DNA of 63,762 bases, filler included, from Octopus bimaculoides (GCF_001194135.2; 5 parts of 5 records of this genome joined end to end with filler, not necessarily neighbours in it), one strand, 5' to 3'. Counted from the first letter of the whole stretch, positions 1 through 14,977 are shown. The notes: generated by a model from the sequence alone, not told the origin. Program-made: numbers and translations.

Positions 1-49
<49 letters not shown>

Positions 50-1974
50 TATAAATTGTATCTCTCAATATATATATTTCTATACACAAACACACACCTA
101 CAATGCATATTAATAATTATTTGATGATATTATGTTGGTTGAATTTGCGGCAAAACGTACCATCTTCCTGCAATATCTATTTGCACCATTCTCTCTCTCT
201 CTACCCCTTCTCTCTCACTTTTAAACTCCATCGGGCTCAGATTTGCCCCACGTCTTTCAGGAGCTTCTAATATAAACAATAATTCAAGTAATAATATCTC
301 TCACTATCATTCTTTTTCTTCGCGCCTACCCAAAGAAAGTAATTATCAAGTTTCGTTATGGCGATATATATATAAACTGACACATAATGTATCTTAAACC
401 ACCTCATCATCTTAAATTTGACGCACATGTTAAGCTTTCTGCAATTTTTGCAATGCTGTTAATATCAACACGATTTGGTATATTGGGAGTTATTTCATTA
501 AAAAAAAGCAAATTAGTTAATAAAAGTAAATATTCCAAATAAAATGACTAACTGAATAGCAAGTGAAGAGCTTGATATTCTACAATTCTTAATTAAAATC
601 CTTCCATATCGAGTGATACAATATAAGAATACTTATAATAGTTTAAAATGCGACGTCGGCGAAAACCAGTTAATAACATTTGTAAAAATTGATTAAATTC
701 GTATAGCTTCAGAAAAATTAATTTCTAATTTTTTAGAGAATAGGGTTAAGTGTGTTAGATGGCTGTGAGTATGTTTGTAGAGTGGAATAAAACAGAGGAG
801 AGGAAAGCATATTTGTGATGTAGAAAGTAGTAGAATTTTCTTGTTGTTAACCCGGTTTCAACCCTCATGAAGCACTCATATAGAAACTATTTGATACGTG
901 ATAGCTCATGATTAAAATCAGTTCTAACTTTAATTGTTTAGAAAATATTACCAAATATTCAAATATTCAAACTATGGTTATGTTATAAAAGACCTGATTT
1001 ATTTAGCAAAGTGTCCTGTGGTGTATACTCAACGCCATTTGTGTGTGTTTATATATATATATAGGTTAGAGACAGATGATATCTATACAGAATACACTTA
1101 GAAGTGCTCGAGAGATTTGAACTTGAACAGGTAAGGATAATCAAGTTAGGGAAGTCGATTTACACAGAAGGTTAGATACAATAATACATTTGAAACAAAA
1201 AATGTACATGTGTATGGATATAAAATAGTTCCACTTACTCAGAATATAAACTTCATCTTGTCAAAACCTCAAACGTAAAATTCTCCACAAAAGATGGAGG
1301 CGGTGTTATCCGAAAATGGAAGCAAGTGACTATCATTATTCCGGACTACAAAGTCCCTAGAAACAGCTGTTGGACTAGTAAAACTCAACCCATTTAAATG
1401 CTGATATTCATATTCTGTGTAAGTCGGACTATTTCATATTCATACACGTGTACATTTTTTGTATTAAACGTATTTAATATTTTGTGTTAAATCGACTTGC
1501 CTAACTTATTATATATGTATGTATGTATTCATATATGTATATGTGTACATAATATATGTATATATTTGTATATATATATATATATATATATNNNNNNNNN
1601 NNNNNNNNNNNNNNNNNNNNNNNNNNNNNNNNNNNNNNNNNNNNNNNNNNNNNNNNNNNNNNNNNNNNNNNNNNNNNNNNNNNNNNNNNNNNNNNNNNNN
1701 NNNNNNNNNNNNNNNNNNNNNNNNNNNNNNNNNNNNNNNNNNNNNNNNNNNNNNNNNNNNNNNNNNNNNNNNNNNNNNNNNNNNNNNNNNNNNNNNNNNN
1801 NNNNNNATACATATATATATATATATATATATATGTACATATGTATATATATATATGCGTGTGTTTATAAATATATATATATGTATGTGCTTGCGTAAGT
1901 GTGCGCGCATGTGTGTATATGTCTGTGTGGGGTAGAGTGTAGCAAAATGTACAAGGTCTTCAGAAATGTTTGGC

Positions 1975-2075
1975 TTCATTGATATTCATACGGGGAATGA
2001 TCCCATTGAGTGAAATACTACAGAAAACAAAGTTGGGGTATGATCTGGAAGCGGTAAGGGAAAACTAAACCACTT
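1975..2075 (+). mobile_element. Short reverse-transcriptase fragment of an R4/Dong-like non-LTR retrotransposon
   Basis: Translates to FIRGMIPLSEILQKTKLGYDL then, after a frameshift, GKLNHFL. This resembles the R4-clade RT segment just before the (F/Y)MDD motif. Confidence 0.45.
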
Positions 2076-3046
2076 TTTATTATTATTATTTGTGTTTTTT
2101 TCCATCACATTTTGATATATATTTTAGTTTGGTATAATGATTAGTGGTAAACTGGGCCTTCTATAAAGCATATTCCTACCTATACGCTGATTCATTCTCT
2201 CTGATTTACCAGAAAACCTTTACTTGTAATACAAGGATTCAATGTTTTTATCTAGGATATCAAAGTGGAAGCTAAAAGAAAAATATACAATAGTCTGTGC
2301 TCACTTCAGATGATCGATAACAACCAAGCTTCATTTCTATATTCTTATCATTTTTTTTTTATATATCTATATATTTCTTATCATCTGGAAGAATGTTGTA
2401 TATTGATTACCTATGAGAATATATGACAAAATATTTATCCAAAACTTAAACGAATTTATTACCAAGTCAGCTACATTATTTTTATAAAAACATTGATTCA
2501 TAAAACTAGCTCGATTTCACTATTCACAGAATCCATATACAACGAGGAAAATATTCGAATAACGCCACGCGCACACGCACATATGTATATGTATGCATGC
2601 ATGTATAGGTTTACATATGCATATATGCGTGTAAGTATGTTAAGGCACAAGGAGATGGGCTCATTAAAATCAGATTAGAAACGAGGACTTTTGCTTTTTT
2701 GAGAGCAATTGTGATTTTAAAATTCTTAATTTTAGAAAGTTATAGACCCCGTACGAATACAAACTAATGAACTCAAATTCCTACAAAGAAGTGATGAGGA
2801 TGCAATTTTGTACGTGGACAGTTGTGATAGGTAACTTATGATAATTGTACATGCAGAGAATATTCCTATAAAAAAAAGTGGAGCACTATTGAATAAATCA
2901 GTTATTTGTTATTATTAGCATTGGTAGTTATTTTAGAATATATTTTTGTTTAACTTTGAAGGGCAGAATTCGACTCTAATGAAGATTTATGCTTTGTGGT
3001 TTGTTTTCGTTTTATTTACTTGTGTATCATTTGCTGTCAAATTTAA

Positions 3047-3670
3047 ATGGAAATCGAACCAATTCGAGCGACTTCATTGTGAGTAAAAAATGGAATTCAA
3101 AGCAATGGAAAATACTGGCAATAAGAAACAAAAATAAACTGGCTAAAGGGCCATCAAGAAACGATTGACTTGGAAACGGTAAACGGGAAAGTAGTTCGAA
3201 ACATTTCAAATCTAAAAGTTGATAATTCAACAGTTGAAAATTGCATTTCAAAAGTCAAAAAGCACTCGACAAAAGAACAAAAGAAGATAAATGAAAAAAA
3301 CCAAAAAAAATCATTGCCGCTATGAAATGTGCTCTGCATTTCTATTGTACCATATAACCGATCAATTTCTTGACCACCTGTGAAATGTTATGAAAAAAGT
3401 ATACTCTACGGCAGCAGATGCTGTTTCATGCAGTGGATCAAATGTAGTGAAGCACCAAAACATTGTTCCAAATCCAAACTTCATCAAAAGATTATTCTGG
3501 TAATTGTTTATTGGTTGCCAATTTGAACCATCTGCTAGTGTTTCTTGGATAGTGCTGAGACCGACACAGCCACAAAATTCGTCAAATATACCAAGAACTG
3601 AAACGTTTCCGTCGAATATAAGCCAATCGAAAAGAATTAATTCTTTTCCATGCTACTAATGGCCAACATG
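3047..3670 (+). mobile_element. Degenerate mariner transposase (Hsmar1-like) remnant
   Basis: Across frameshifts it reads IRATSL, KVDNSTV, CYEKSILYGSRCCFMQWIKCSEAPKHCSKSKLHQKIILVIVYW and LFHATNGQH. These match mariner CDEKWILYDN...QW...EAPKHFPKPNLHQKKVMVTVWW and LLHDNARPH. Many stops; no TIR recognised. Confidence 0.8.
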
Positions 3671-3679
3671 AAGGCGCGA

Positions 3680-3836
3680 GTTTCGTTAGCATGCCGTGCA
3701 AAACGCTTTGCGGCATTTCATCTGTCTTTACGTTTTGAGTTTAACTTTCACCGAGCCGACTTTGTATTTTATCCGTTCGGGATCGATAAGATAAGTACCA
3801 GTTGAACACTGGAGTCTACGTAATCGACTTGCCCAA
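3680..3836 (+). mobile_element. Octopus tRNA-related SINE, family B
   Basis: Colinear with the copy at 23647-23860 (tctgtctttacgtt(c)tgagtt...gataagataagtaccagtt). Confidence 0.7.
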
Positions 3837-4169
3837 TGCTCCGTAATTGCTGCTTGAAGCCAAAATTTTAAATCAATAATGGCCAACATGTCTTACAAAT
3901 AATTTTTGAAAAATTAAATGAACTGCAGTTCGAAGCTCTATCTCACTCAGCTTATTCCTTTTTCTTTTTTTTCTTTTTCAAAATTCTACCAACTTTCTAC
4001 CATCAGAATACCTTCGATAAGTTCACCATTTCTAAAATCTTTGAATTGTAAGCTAGCAAAAGAAAAAAACTATATTTACTTATTTCTAATTGATATTGCT
4101 TCGTCGATAGAAAACAATAGTTGGCCTGAGCTGATATATATGTTAATGCTTAGAAACCGCAATTATTTT

Positions 4170-4700
4170 GACACCAAGTTCAGAGCTGAAGCAGAACACT
4201 TTGTTTTTGACAATGACAGGTTACGTAGAAGGACTGCACAGGTATTACATGACAAACTTTTACTCTTGTAAAACAATAAGATAAAGAGGAGCAAAAACTG
4301 AATCACCATTTAATTTCAATAATTTCACTTCATCTGAATAGATAGAAACCAAATTTCTCAGAAGTGTCAACACTGTTGTCATTTAGTACAAAGTTCAGTA
4401 CTGTTTGAGCTCACTTAGAATCAAGACGTTCTGGCCAACAGCGTCCATTAATTATCATATATCTCAGACAACATCATCCAGTGTGGCCCCTTTTTGCAAA
4501 CGTTTAAGTATTATTCCAGGAAGATATTGTTGGTATTTCAAAGCAGGTCGACCGACTCTGTCGAGGGTTTTTAGTTTACCCATGGAGCTTGTAAGATGGT
4601 TACAGATATAGCTCCATGAGTTAATACAATGAATTGCGGAAGTTGAAATAATAAAGGGAATAATTCCGTGCTCGATGTGCACAATAATTCAAACAGCTTC
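4170..4700 (+). mobile_element. Probable highly degraded Ty3/Gypsy integrase remnant
   Basis: RLRRRTAQVLHD...QKCQHC resembles the integrase zinc-binding HHCC region. It is followed by APF and TLSRVFSLPMELV...GII, resembling the rve core (F.RFGLP..LVSDNG). Many stops and frameshifts. Confidence 0.4.
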
Positions 4701-5041
4701 AATAGTAATAAATTAAACTGAATGATGTAAGAAAGCCACTAAACAAAAAGTGCATATCTAGATAGATACGATTCTACTTTTGTAATCGGCCTCATCTTTT
4801 GAGCGTATATTGATTACACGTTTTTTGAATCTTATTTGTATACACAGCAGTGGGAACTATTTAAGTCCCGCTGAAAACACCTTGATAGAAAACTTGATGG
4901 ACTCCATAGAAATAAAAGTAGAAAATTCTATAAAGGATATAAACGTTATTGTAGACATCAAAATATTTAAAGAAAATTTTGATAAAAATACTTTTCTATA
5001 AAATATAGACATTGTTAAGAACTAAAAGGATACGGGCATAG

Positions 5042-5082
<41 letters not shown>

Positions 5083-5732
5083 CAAGCGCATCAAATATGG
5101 AAAAACACGTGTTTTCTGTATAACCAAACCTCGTTTTGCTTAGCTGTATTTTAACTCTAACGTGTGTATTTGCGTAGATTAAACTAAACCGTTCTGTATG
5201 TGTGTATATGTGTATATGTGCATGCCTATGTGTATATCTGTGGGCATATAAGTATGTGAACGAGTGTGGGGAATCGGCTTTCCTGAATGTACTGCCTAAA
5301 TGCAACTGTAAAGTGAATTATTATAAACGATACAATTGATTTTTTAGAGATCATTGAGCTTCATGTAGGTCAAGGAAGAATTTATTGTGAGCATCTATTG
5401 TTTTAGGACACTGGTTGCTTGCTAGATGCCATTATTGAAAATTTATTGTATGGTTGTAAAGTAAATGAAAATAATCATATAGTAAAAATCGTCGAGAGAA
5501 GAAATAAAATAAAGTATGAGAGAAGATACGGAAAAAAAAGTTGTTGCTTTCTATTTCTACACTACCAGAACTAATGGAATAGGTAATGTGAACTTTAATA
5601 AAATGGGAGTAGAAAGGAGGTAGGGATGTTAGGAAGGGAGGCATCAAGATGTAAATGTTTAAGAAAACTGGTATAGACTAGCACATACCATCAAATATAC
5701 ACATGAATAAACACATACTTATATTATGCACG

Positions 5733-5822
<90 letters not shown>

Positions 5823-6689
5823 TGTTTGTATGTATACAGATATATAGATAGATAGATATAGGTAGATACACACACACTAACATATGTATGTGTATGTGTG
5901 TGTGTATATGCCACTGTGCGCATGCTTGCAGATATATTATACATCGCAACTATATGCTTTTGTAAAAAGTATACAAATATATACTGCATGAATTTTGAAC
6001 ATTTTTATTCATGAATACACAAGATATACCAGTATAGATATATAAAATAAACACATTAATTCTATAATAACTAGGCAGTCTCAAAAACATATCTTAAAAG
6101 TGTAAAATTATGATAACCAATGAAAAATATTTCGAAAATATCAATAGCCATAAAAGCTCATGTTACTGCACATATATACTTATATATACCCAAATAAATA
6201 CGTNNNNNNNNNNNNNNNNNNNNNNNNNNNNNNNNNNNNNNNNNNNNNNNNNNNNNNNNNNNNNNNNNNNNNNNNNNNNNNNNNNNNNNNNNNNNNNNNN
6301 NNNNNNNNNNNNNNNNNNNNNNNNNNNNNNNNNNNNNNNNNNNNNNNNNNNNNNNNNNNNNNNNNNNNNNNNNNNNNNNNNNNNNNNNNNNNNNNNNNNN
6401 NNNNNNNNNNNNNNNNNNNNNNNNNNNNNNNNNNNNNNNNNNNNNNNNNNNNNNNNNNNNNNNNNNNNNNNNNNNNNNNNNNNNNNNNNNNNNNNNNNNN
6501 NNNNNNNNNNNNNNNNNNNNNNNNTATATATGCAAATTATGGTATTCATGTATACATTTACAACTGCGCTTACACAGGAATAAGTAAAAAATAATACAAA
6601 ACTTACAAAAGATTCGCGTTACAGTATTGAAGACAAGTTTAAAAACTGATGCTCGCTAAGGGGTGGGACGCAGGCTACTGATATTGATA

Positions 6690-7185
6690 TCAGACTTTTT
6701 GAGAATTTCAAGCTGTGTAGAAAGACAGAGATTTGGTGGTTTGTTTTGGAATATAACCCTGTCCCTGCGGTTCAAAGATTGTAGTTTCCCCCTACGCGTA
6801 CGCATTCACGTTGTCGAAAATGTTCTATGAGATCATGTATATTTAGTGACCACATATTTGGGGGGACAAACCGATGATTGTTATTATCTTGATACATCTG
6901 AAGGAATGTGTATGATAGTAGAATTTATATTTCAAAGTTACTATTGTAAGACCGAGGTAGGTTTTCGGCATCCTTTTATTGTAGCTCCAGTCATCTGTGC
7001 AATACGCTGCCGATTTTATGAGGCAAAGACGGACGGCGAAAACGTTATCGGATCAAAGCAATTACATAAAGGAAGAGGGTTGGAGTTATTACCCAATGAG
7101 ATGTTCCTGGCGTTTTTTTCTAGCTACAATGGGAATTTAATGGTACAGCTTAACATTATTTGGGATGTGTTTAGTACATAGTTTG
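6690..7185 (-). mobile_element. Penelope-like element, GIY-YIG endonuclease end (Naiad-like, tentative)
   Basis: Minus strand across frameshifts: LCNCFDP...CLIKSAAY...KTYLGLTIVTLKYKFYYHTHSFR...GLS.KYVWSL. Same motif order as the element at 11170-12535. Confidence 0.55.
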
Positions 7186-7439
7186 TGGTGCCTGTCGTTA
7201 CTGGGAGAGACTGCTTGTACTAAACTATTAAAAGTGAGGCGTATGCAATCATTATAACCTACAAAGAGCAAATATTTGAAAAGTAAAGCTTGTCGTTATA
7301 ATCCGAATGATCGGACACGTGTAAGTCGTAGAACTGAGATTGGGAGCTTTTCAATATTTAATAAATTTTTAAAATCTCCACATTTATGTTTTGAAATCTG
7401 CAATTTATCGCTTCAGGTAAAACAATATATATATTTGTT

Positions 7440-7787
7440 TCTTTTATTCTTATACTTGTTTCAGCCATTTGACTGGGGCCAAGCTGGTGCACCGTCTTTT
7501 AGTCGAAGAAATCGACCTCTGGACTTATTCTTTGTAAGCCTGGTATTTATTCTATCGGGCTCTACTGCCGAACCACGTGGTAACAGGAACGTAAATACAC
7601 TAACATCGATTGTCAAGCAATGGTGGGGGGGGGGATATAGACACAAAGACACATACATAAATATATACATATATATATATGACGGGCTTCTTTCAGTTTC
7701 CGTCTGCCAAATCCAGCCTCAAGGCTTTGGTCGGCCCTATGCTAAAGTAGACGACACTTGCCCAAGGGGCCACGCAGCAGGACTGAT
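7440..7787 (-). mobile_element. Octopus tRNA-derived SINE, family A (CORE-like, with internal microsatellite), 5'-truncated
   Basis: Plus-strand acacttgcccaagg (antisense of the CORE-like ccttgggcaagtgt), gacgggcttctttcagtttcc and tgtttcagccatttgact are shared with the copies at 27771, 29011 and 62390. Confidence 0.8.
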
Positions 7788-7809
7788 GTAGTTCTAGGTA
7801 GTGGTTCTA

Positions 7810-8847
7810 CATGCCCTGATGCAGTAGCAGGTACTGGCTCTCATGTCCTCTGACATTAACTGATCGGAAGTGTTACCATGTACATTGTTTTGTCTTGGTA
7901 TAAAAGATGGGCTACAGCAAATATTCTGCTCAATACCACAGATTTGCTCGTCAGCTGCTTGACATTAACCAGTTGAGCATGTTCCTTATTGGCAGACGAT
8001 ATGTGCATCTCTGATCACGAGTAGAAATAGTGGGGGACCATCATAGCCATATGTTGAGATGAATTCTTTAAGGTTTGGATAATTCACCTTTGGAAACATG
8101 AGTGTTTTGCTCATCATCCTTAAACAATCCTTATTTAGGGACCTTTTGAGCGGGACGCTCTATTCGACCTGAACAAAACTCTAACTGGGCCCCACCTGCA
8201 AGGTTATGTGATGTTTATCATGATATGAGATCACTATGTTGCGCACATATGGTTGTGATGCATGTGCTTTTTGTACCCTTATATAAATGCCCTGATGCAG
8301 TACCAATGCCCTGCCTAATACAGTATACATGCCCTGATGCAGTACCAGGCATTGGCTCTCATGGCTTCTGATCCTAAATGATTCTAAGTGTTACCATGCA
8401 TATTGTTTTGTCTTGGTATAAAAGATGGGCTACAACAAATATTCTGCTCAATACCATAGATTTGCTTGTCAGTTGCTTGATCTTAACCAGCTGAGCATGT
8501 CCCATAGTGGTTGACGAAATGTGCATCTCTGATCACGAATAGAAGTAGTGAGTATGATAGTCATGTGTTGAGGGGAATTCTTTGGGGTTTGGATAATTCA
8601 CCTTTAGAAACCTGGGTGTTTTGTTCACCATCCTTATACAACCCTTATTCAGGGACCTTTTCAGCTGGATGGGCTACTTTACCTGAAGAAAATTCTAACT
8701 GGGCCCCACCTGCATGGTCATGCACAAATATGGTTGTGATGCATATACCTGGTGTACCCTTATCAGACGAGTAATCATGATGGGTATAGGGGGCTTCGTA
8801 TATTTTACCCCAGTGTCATTTTGATTGCATCCACTGCTCTCTTACTC
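7810..8847 (+). repeat. Two tandem diverged copies of a ~500-bp interspersed element; the second ends in an (AAT)n tail; family unresolved
   Basis: 7810-8283 and 8328-8847 are colinear. Both start catgccctgatgcagta and share ttgttttgtcttggtataaaagatgggctaca and ctaactgggccccacctgca. Extra copies of the 5' motif lie at 8287 and 8306. Confidence 0.75.
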
Positions 8848-9188
<341 letters not shown>

Positions 9189-11169
9189 TTGCTATTCATA
9201 TCCAGGTTTTATCACTTCTATTCTGGCTGACTTCGCGTTCTTAATCACTGCGATTCTTTGTTTCTCTCTTTTACTCTGTATGCATGTAATTTGCATTGAG
9301 CTTTGCTACTGTTATCCACATGATTTTGTATACTTTTCTAATGCATTACCCAATCCTGATTAAGAAGTGATATCTTAAATCTTAATGGATAAGGAAGTGC
9401 TTTTCAGATATGAATTTCAACAGACAGTAAGGCAACGCCAACAGAAAATTTGACTGAAGAGCGGCGAGCTCTTGATAGGATAAAAGTGATAAATCAGCCA
9501 TTCCGTTTCTGCTAGTGCAAATAATTCATTTCAAATAAAGCATATTCATTCCGTCACAGTGAATCCTAACTTAAATCTGTAATTTAAAGCTTTCTTTGTT
9601 TTTATCATGTGATTAATATTGCTTAACCCGGCGGAGCTGTTATCTATCATCTATTAATATTGACAATATAGCATGTATTTTTTTTAATTGACTTTCCATC
9701 TAATTGCGATTTTCATATATTTACGAATACTAAGCTAATTTCACACCCGTTTGTTACGTTTACAGTAATTGGAAATCAATATATATTCTAATTGTGCCAT
9801 TTCACTTTTGTAGTTCAGAGGCTGCAATCAAATTTTGACATCCTTTTTACGAACGAACAACAACTCAGCAATTCTATCAGTTCCTTTTGACATATTTCAT
9901 TTCCACAGAAAAATGTAAATGGCTAATGACAAATTGTAATATTCGAGAGTAAATGTCAATGATAACTGCCAACCGTATTTAAACAATGCACGAAGGACTC
10001 TTTTTTATATACATGAATTTGTGTATTTTTGCATACGCGTGTTTGTATTTGATACCACAAAACTACTGCTACTTTTATGTTGCTTTCAATGAAGTCATAT
10101 CACTAGCTTCGGGCCACACTTTCGATGAAGCAGGCTAATAAAATGATGCGTCCCTGGGTCGGAATTTGTCGCCGTAGTTCAGATTACTTCAGATTGCTGA
10201 TAGTTTGATTTTATTTTCAGTAAGAGTGTAGAATACCACTGCCATTCTTCAGGGGTACACACACGCACNNNNNNNNNNNNNNNNNNNNNNNNNNNNNNNN
10301 NNNNNNNNNNNNNNNNNNNNNNNNNNNNNNNNNNNNNNNNNNNNNNNNNNNNNNNNNNNNNNNNNNNNATAACATAATATGAATGTAAATAATAAAGATA
10401 TTAATTTTTAAGTTGTTTCAACTGAAACCAATTTCATGGCCTTAAATATATAACAAATCATTTATTTACTACTCAGTCACACATGAAATAATAAATATCA
10501 GTAACATGTTAAAATTTATTCATTTGATTTTACATTTAAAAAAAAAAGTTATAAACAACAAAATTTAAAACAAGTTTGGTTATATTGAGTTTCTTTCCCA
10601 CCCCAAAAAAACAAAGTCAAAATCAAGAATTCAGTTATTTGTTTTTTCTTTTCTTCAAAGATTTTTTTTTCTTTGAGATATCACAGAACAGATGAAGTTT
10701 ATATTTTTTCTAGGACATTAGCTGCCTTTTAACACCTATTTCAGCACCAACAAAAGAGAATTATATATATGTGTGTATACATATATATATATTTATATTA
10801 TTTTGTTTGAAAGAGTTCCAACTCTGTCTGTTTTTTATGTTTTATTTATATTCTTGTAAAATTAATGTGGGATATAGAATATGGAATATACAATATATAA
10901 TATAAAAATGGATAGTACAATGAAATGAAGTTTGAGTGTCTTATTGAATATATGGAATATGTCTTGTTGAAGATATGAAATATTGAGTGTTCAATATAAA
11001 GGATTAAATATATAAAGGGAAATACGTATTTTCTATACCTTGTGGTATTTCATCATGGCCGGTATGACAGACTGTAACAGTCATAATTGGAAGTAACAAT
11101 AATGGAAATCGTATAAGAAATGTAACTCAATGAATCGTTTCTTCTGTTTTTGACAGTATCGAGCCGAGT

Positions 11170-12535
11170 TAATTCACATCTATTTTTATCATTTACAGTC
11201 GTTCAACTTCGTTACTAATATTAGAAATGAAAATAGGTGCAAACATCTTGCAGCTAAATATGTTTGAATTTTTTCCATTAATTTCCGTCAACGGCTTTGG
11301 ATTTGAAGGGGCACAATACAATACTGAAGATAACGATATTAACATAATCTACATAATTACATGTACATAACCGTCGCTGACCGGAAGTGATTGCATTTCA
11401 ACAAAAATATTGCATCGGTTAAAAATGCTGATGATATATTTTATGTAATTATGGGAAGAATTTGCCAGAATGAAGGATTGCGTGCTGATTGCATTGCTTA
11501 ATCAGAATGGATATGAATTTTATACATTGGACATAGGAGTGTACAGAGATAACGGCCTAAATATTTATAGCACCTTACATAAAACCAAGACTACATTATC
11601 ACTTTTAAAGGGCTGGAGATTAATGTTATGCCTAATAATGTTATGCTAGTTAGCTGCCAGCTATTTCTTTATACCTCAAATCACTAATTCACGTTTAAGA
11701 TAAATATAAATTATTTTTACATCGACAAAACTCAAGCCAATCACAAAATCTGCATGATTATATAGATACCATTATCTTGTCACCAACATAATTAGAAGTA
11801 CTACCAAAATTTCTACCGAAGGAACATTAAGGAGTGCTAAAGAAGCCTACAAGAAAGATTAGGGAATATTGAATTCAGAGACAAAATTCTGTTTAACTAC
11901 AAACGGGGAACGTACAATTTAGCGAAACCAAAACTTTAGTGGTAATGTAATCTGATTCACACTTCTTTATAACAATGTGAAATTCAATATTTCCAAGATC
12001 ATCCTAAATCTGTCCTGGAAATCCTTTCTCATGGTGCATAAATTTTCCAAACTATTTAAATGGTAAAACTATAAACGTTGGGTACAGTTGCATCAATAAT
12101 CCTTATATGTAGGAAACACTAAAATTTATCCAACAGATCCTGTCAACGATTTAAAGACGCCCAGTTCCATCAAAGCCATTACAAGCACAGTTATCCGAAT
12201 TATCAATCGTTTAAGAGAATATATAAAGTCAACTGAAAATACAAAACTCTCTCGCTCTTAGGAAAATCCGTACAAAAGTGAGCTATCTATCAACCTAGAT
12301 ATGGTTTGAGACGCAGAAAACACAAAACCCTCAATCAGAATAATTTCAAGAGCTGAAACTTAAAATCAACACCTTTCTTGTTTAGACATAGAAAAAGAAA
12401 ACAACACAATAGCAAGACCAAGCTTTATAATATAATTTTAAATATCGCAATATTTACAATACTATCACTGAATTCCTTATCACGCGCATCAACAAGTTCA
12501 AATTTTGCTCAAATTTCGTGTCTCCCTGTAATCAC
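11170..12535 (+). mobile_element. Penelope-like element remnant spanning RT and GIY-YIG (Naiad-like, tentative)
   Basis: Across frameshifts: LQLNMFEFFPLIS, RK*LHFNKNIASVKNADDIFYVIMG, DIGVYRDNGL (GLYRDDGL motif), NVI*FTLLYNNVKFNISKIILNL, FNGKTINVGYSCINN and EYIKSTENT. Confidence 0.75.
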
Positions 12536-13808
12536 AAAAAAAAAAAAAAAATTAGGAATACAATACTAACATATATTAGACACCAGTGATATTGTAGGGG
12601 TACTTACATACTTACTTTCATGCTTAGATAAGTTTCGGCCAGAAGCCTAAATAAATTCATACAGTTAAAAGGAAGAAAATCTCTTGATCACTAACTCGTA
12701 TACAAGACTCACCTATAAATGTCTCATTATATATACGTGTGTGTGTGTGTGTATGTGTCTGTGTTTGTGTGCGTGTGTCTGTGTGTGACTCAACAGTGAG
12801 AGTGCAATCAATGTGAATTAGTAAAATAATTCACAAACATACAATATACATGAAACAAGTGTCAGTTTTAGATTGCAAAATTGTACTAATCTCTACCATC
12901 ATAGACTTAAACCTATTTTACAAGCCACTTCGACTTTATCCTAATAATTCAAACACACACACACATACGCACATATTTACATACATGCATGCGAATGTAT
13001 ATATACATGTATGTATATATATATATGNNNNNNNNNNNNNNNNNNNNNNNNNNNNNNNNNNNNNNNNNNNNNNNNNNNNNNNNNNNNNNNNNNNNNNNNN
13101 NNNNNNNNNNNNNNNNNNNNNNNNNNNNNNNNNNNNNNNNNNNNNNNNNNNNNNNNNNNNNNNNNNNNNNNNNNNNNNNNNNNNNNNNNNNNNNNNNNNN
13201 NNNNNNNNNNNNNNNNNNNNNNNNNTATATCTGTATATAGATATACATATAGATATATAGAAAGAGGGAGAGATACACAAAATATACATATTATACAGAT
13301 GCTTATTTATATTCACATATATGTAGGTATATATCCACGCATTAATGGTCATATTTGCATAAATTAGTAATTAGCATTGATGATTAGCAATATTTCATTT
13401 GGTGAGCTAATATATTTGAACTAAAGTGCCTGTCATTTGCATATAAATTAGAATTATCTGATTTACTGTCATTGCTGTATTCCACACGGAATCAGTAAAT
13501 CATTTAATTCATAGATTCCGTGTATTTACCAAAATGAAGTCTTATAAGTAAACATGAAAATAATTTAGTGCACGAAGCACAATTATGTATTTATATCATT
13601 TAGAGCTGAGATGTAAAATAGAATTAGATCTTAACGATGAACACATATTAGAATTTCTCTTTTTAAATACATATTTCCAATGTCCCCGACAATAAAGTAG
13701 AATCTATAAGAAGCATATCATAAAACAGCGCATAGTATTATTGGTGTGCGCGTATATCTCTCTTTCTCTCATCATACGCATGTATGCATATATATACACG
13801 CACACACG

Positions 13809-13858
<50 letters not shown>

Positions 13859-14933
13859 NNNNNNNNNNNNNNNNNNNNNNNNNNNNNNNNNNNNNNNNNN
13901 NNNNNNNNNNNNNNNNNNNNNNNNNNNNNNNNNNNNNNNNNNNNNNNNNNNNNNNNNNNNNNNNNNNNNNNNNNNNNNNNNNNNNNNNNNNNNNNNNNNN
14001 NNNNNNNNNNNNNNNNNNNNNNNNNNNNNNNNNNNNNNNNNNNNNNNNNNNNNNNNNNNNNNNNNNNNNNNNNNNNNNNNNNNNNNNNNNNNNNNNNNNN
14101 NNNNNNNNNNNNNNNNNNNNNNNNNNNNNNNNNNNNNNNNNNNNNNNNNNNNNNNNNNNNNNNNNNNNNNNNNNNNNNNNNNNNNNNNNNNNNNNNNNNN
14201 NNNNNNNNNNNNNNNNNNNNNNNNNNNNNNNNNNNNNNNNNNNNNNNNNNNNNNNNNNNNNNNNNNNNNNNNNNNNNNNNNNNNNNNNNNNNNNNNNNNN
14301 NNNNNNNNNNNNNNNNNNNNNNNNNNNNNNNNNNNNNNNNNNNNNNNNNNNNNNNNNNNNNNNNNNNNNNNNNNNNNNNNNNNNNNNNNNNNNNNNNNNN
14401 NNNNNNNNNNNNNNNNNNNNNNNNNNNNNNNNNNNNNNNNNNNNNNNNNNNNNNNNNNNNNNNNNNNNNNNNNNNNNNNNNNNNNNNNNNNNNNNNNNNN
14501 NNNNNNNNNNNNNNNNNNNNNNNNNNNNNNNNNNNNNNNNNNNNNNNNNNNNNNNNNNNNNNNNNNNNNNNNNNNNNNNNNNNNNNNNNNNNNNNNNNNN
14601 NNNNNNNNNNNNNNNNNNNNNNNNNNNNNNNNNNNNNNNNNNNNNNNNNNNNNNNNNNNNNNNNNNNNNNNNNNNNNNNNNNNNNNNNNNNGTGTGTGTG
14701 TGTGTGTGTGTGTGCGTGTGTATACATATAAACACACATGCACACACACACATATATATATATAGAGAGAAATATAAAAATATACAAGGAGCAAAGATAC
14801 TGAAGATTCAGTATACATCACGTGGCAAAATTATGAGTTGAAAATATGTGGGAAATAAATATAAAAAGTGGAAAAGAAATGCCTTCGTTTCATATAGTTT
14901 AATATCTTTTTATAAATATATACATGTCGTGAA

Positions 14934-14977
14934 ATCCAACCGGTTTTCGCTATTTAAATTAGCTTTTCAAGGGACAT
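14934..14977 (-). ncRNA. Degenerate minimal type I hammerhead motif near the 3' end of the Penelope-like element
   Basis: Minus strand GUCC-CUUGAAAA-GCUA auuuaaa UAGC-GAAAA-CCGG-UU-GGAU. Stem II, the palindromic CCGG and stem I are present, but the CUGANGA core is mutated. Confidence 0.35.

Noticed and set aside
9400-9660. NLTEE.RRALDRIK and GGAVI fragments suggesting another PLE
   Set aside because: Only two short motifs in different frames with implausible spacing.
11170-12535. In-frame TGA codons as selenocysteine in a Naiad-like PLE
   Set aside because: The clearest TGA falls where the motif expects Trp, and the copy also has TAA/TAG stops and frameshifts, so ordinary decay explains it.
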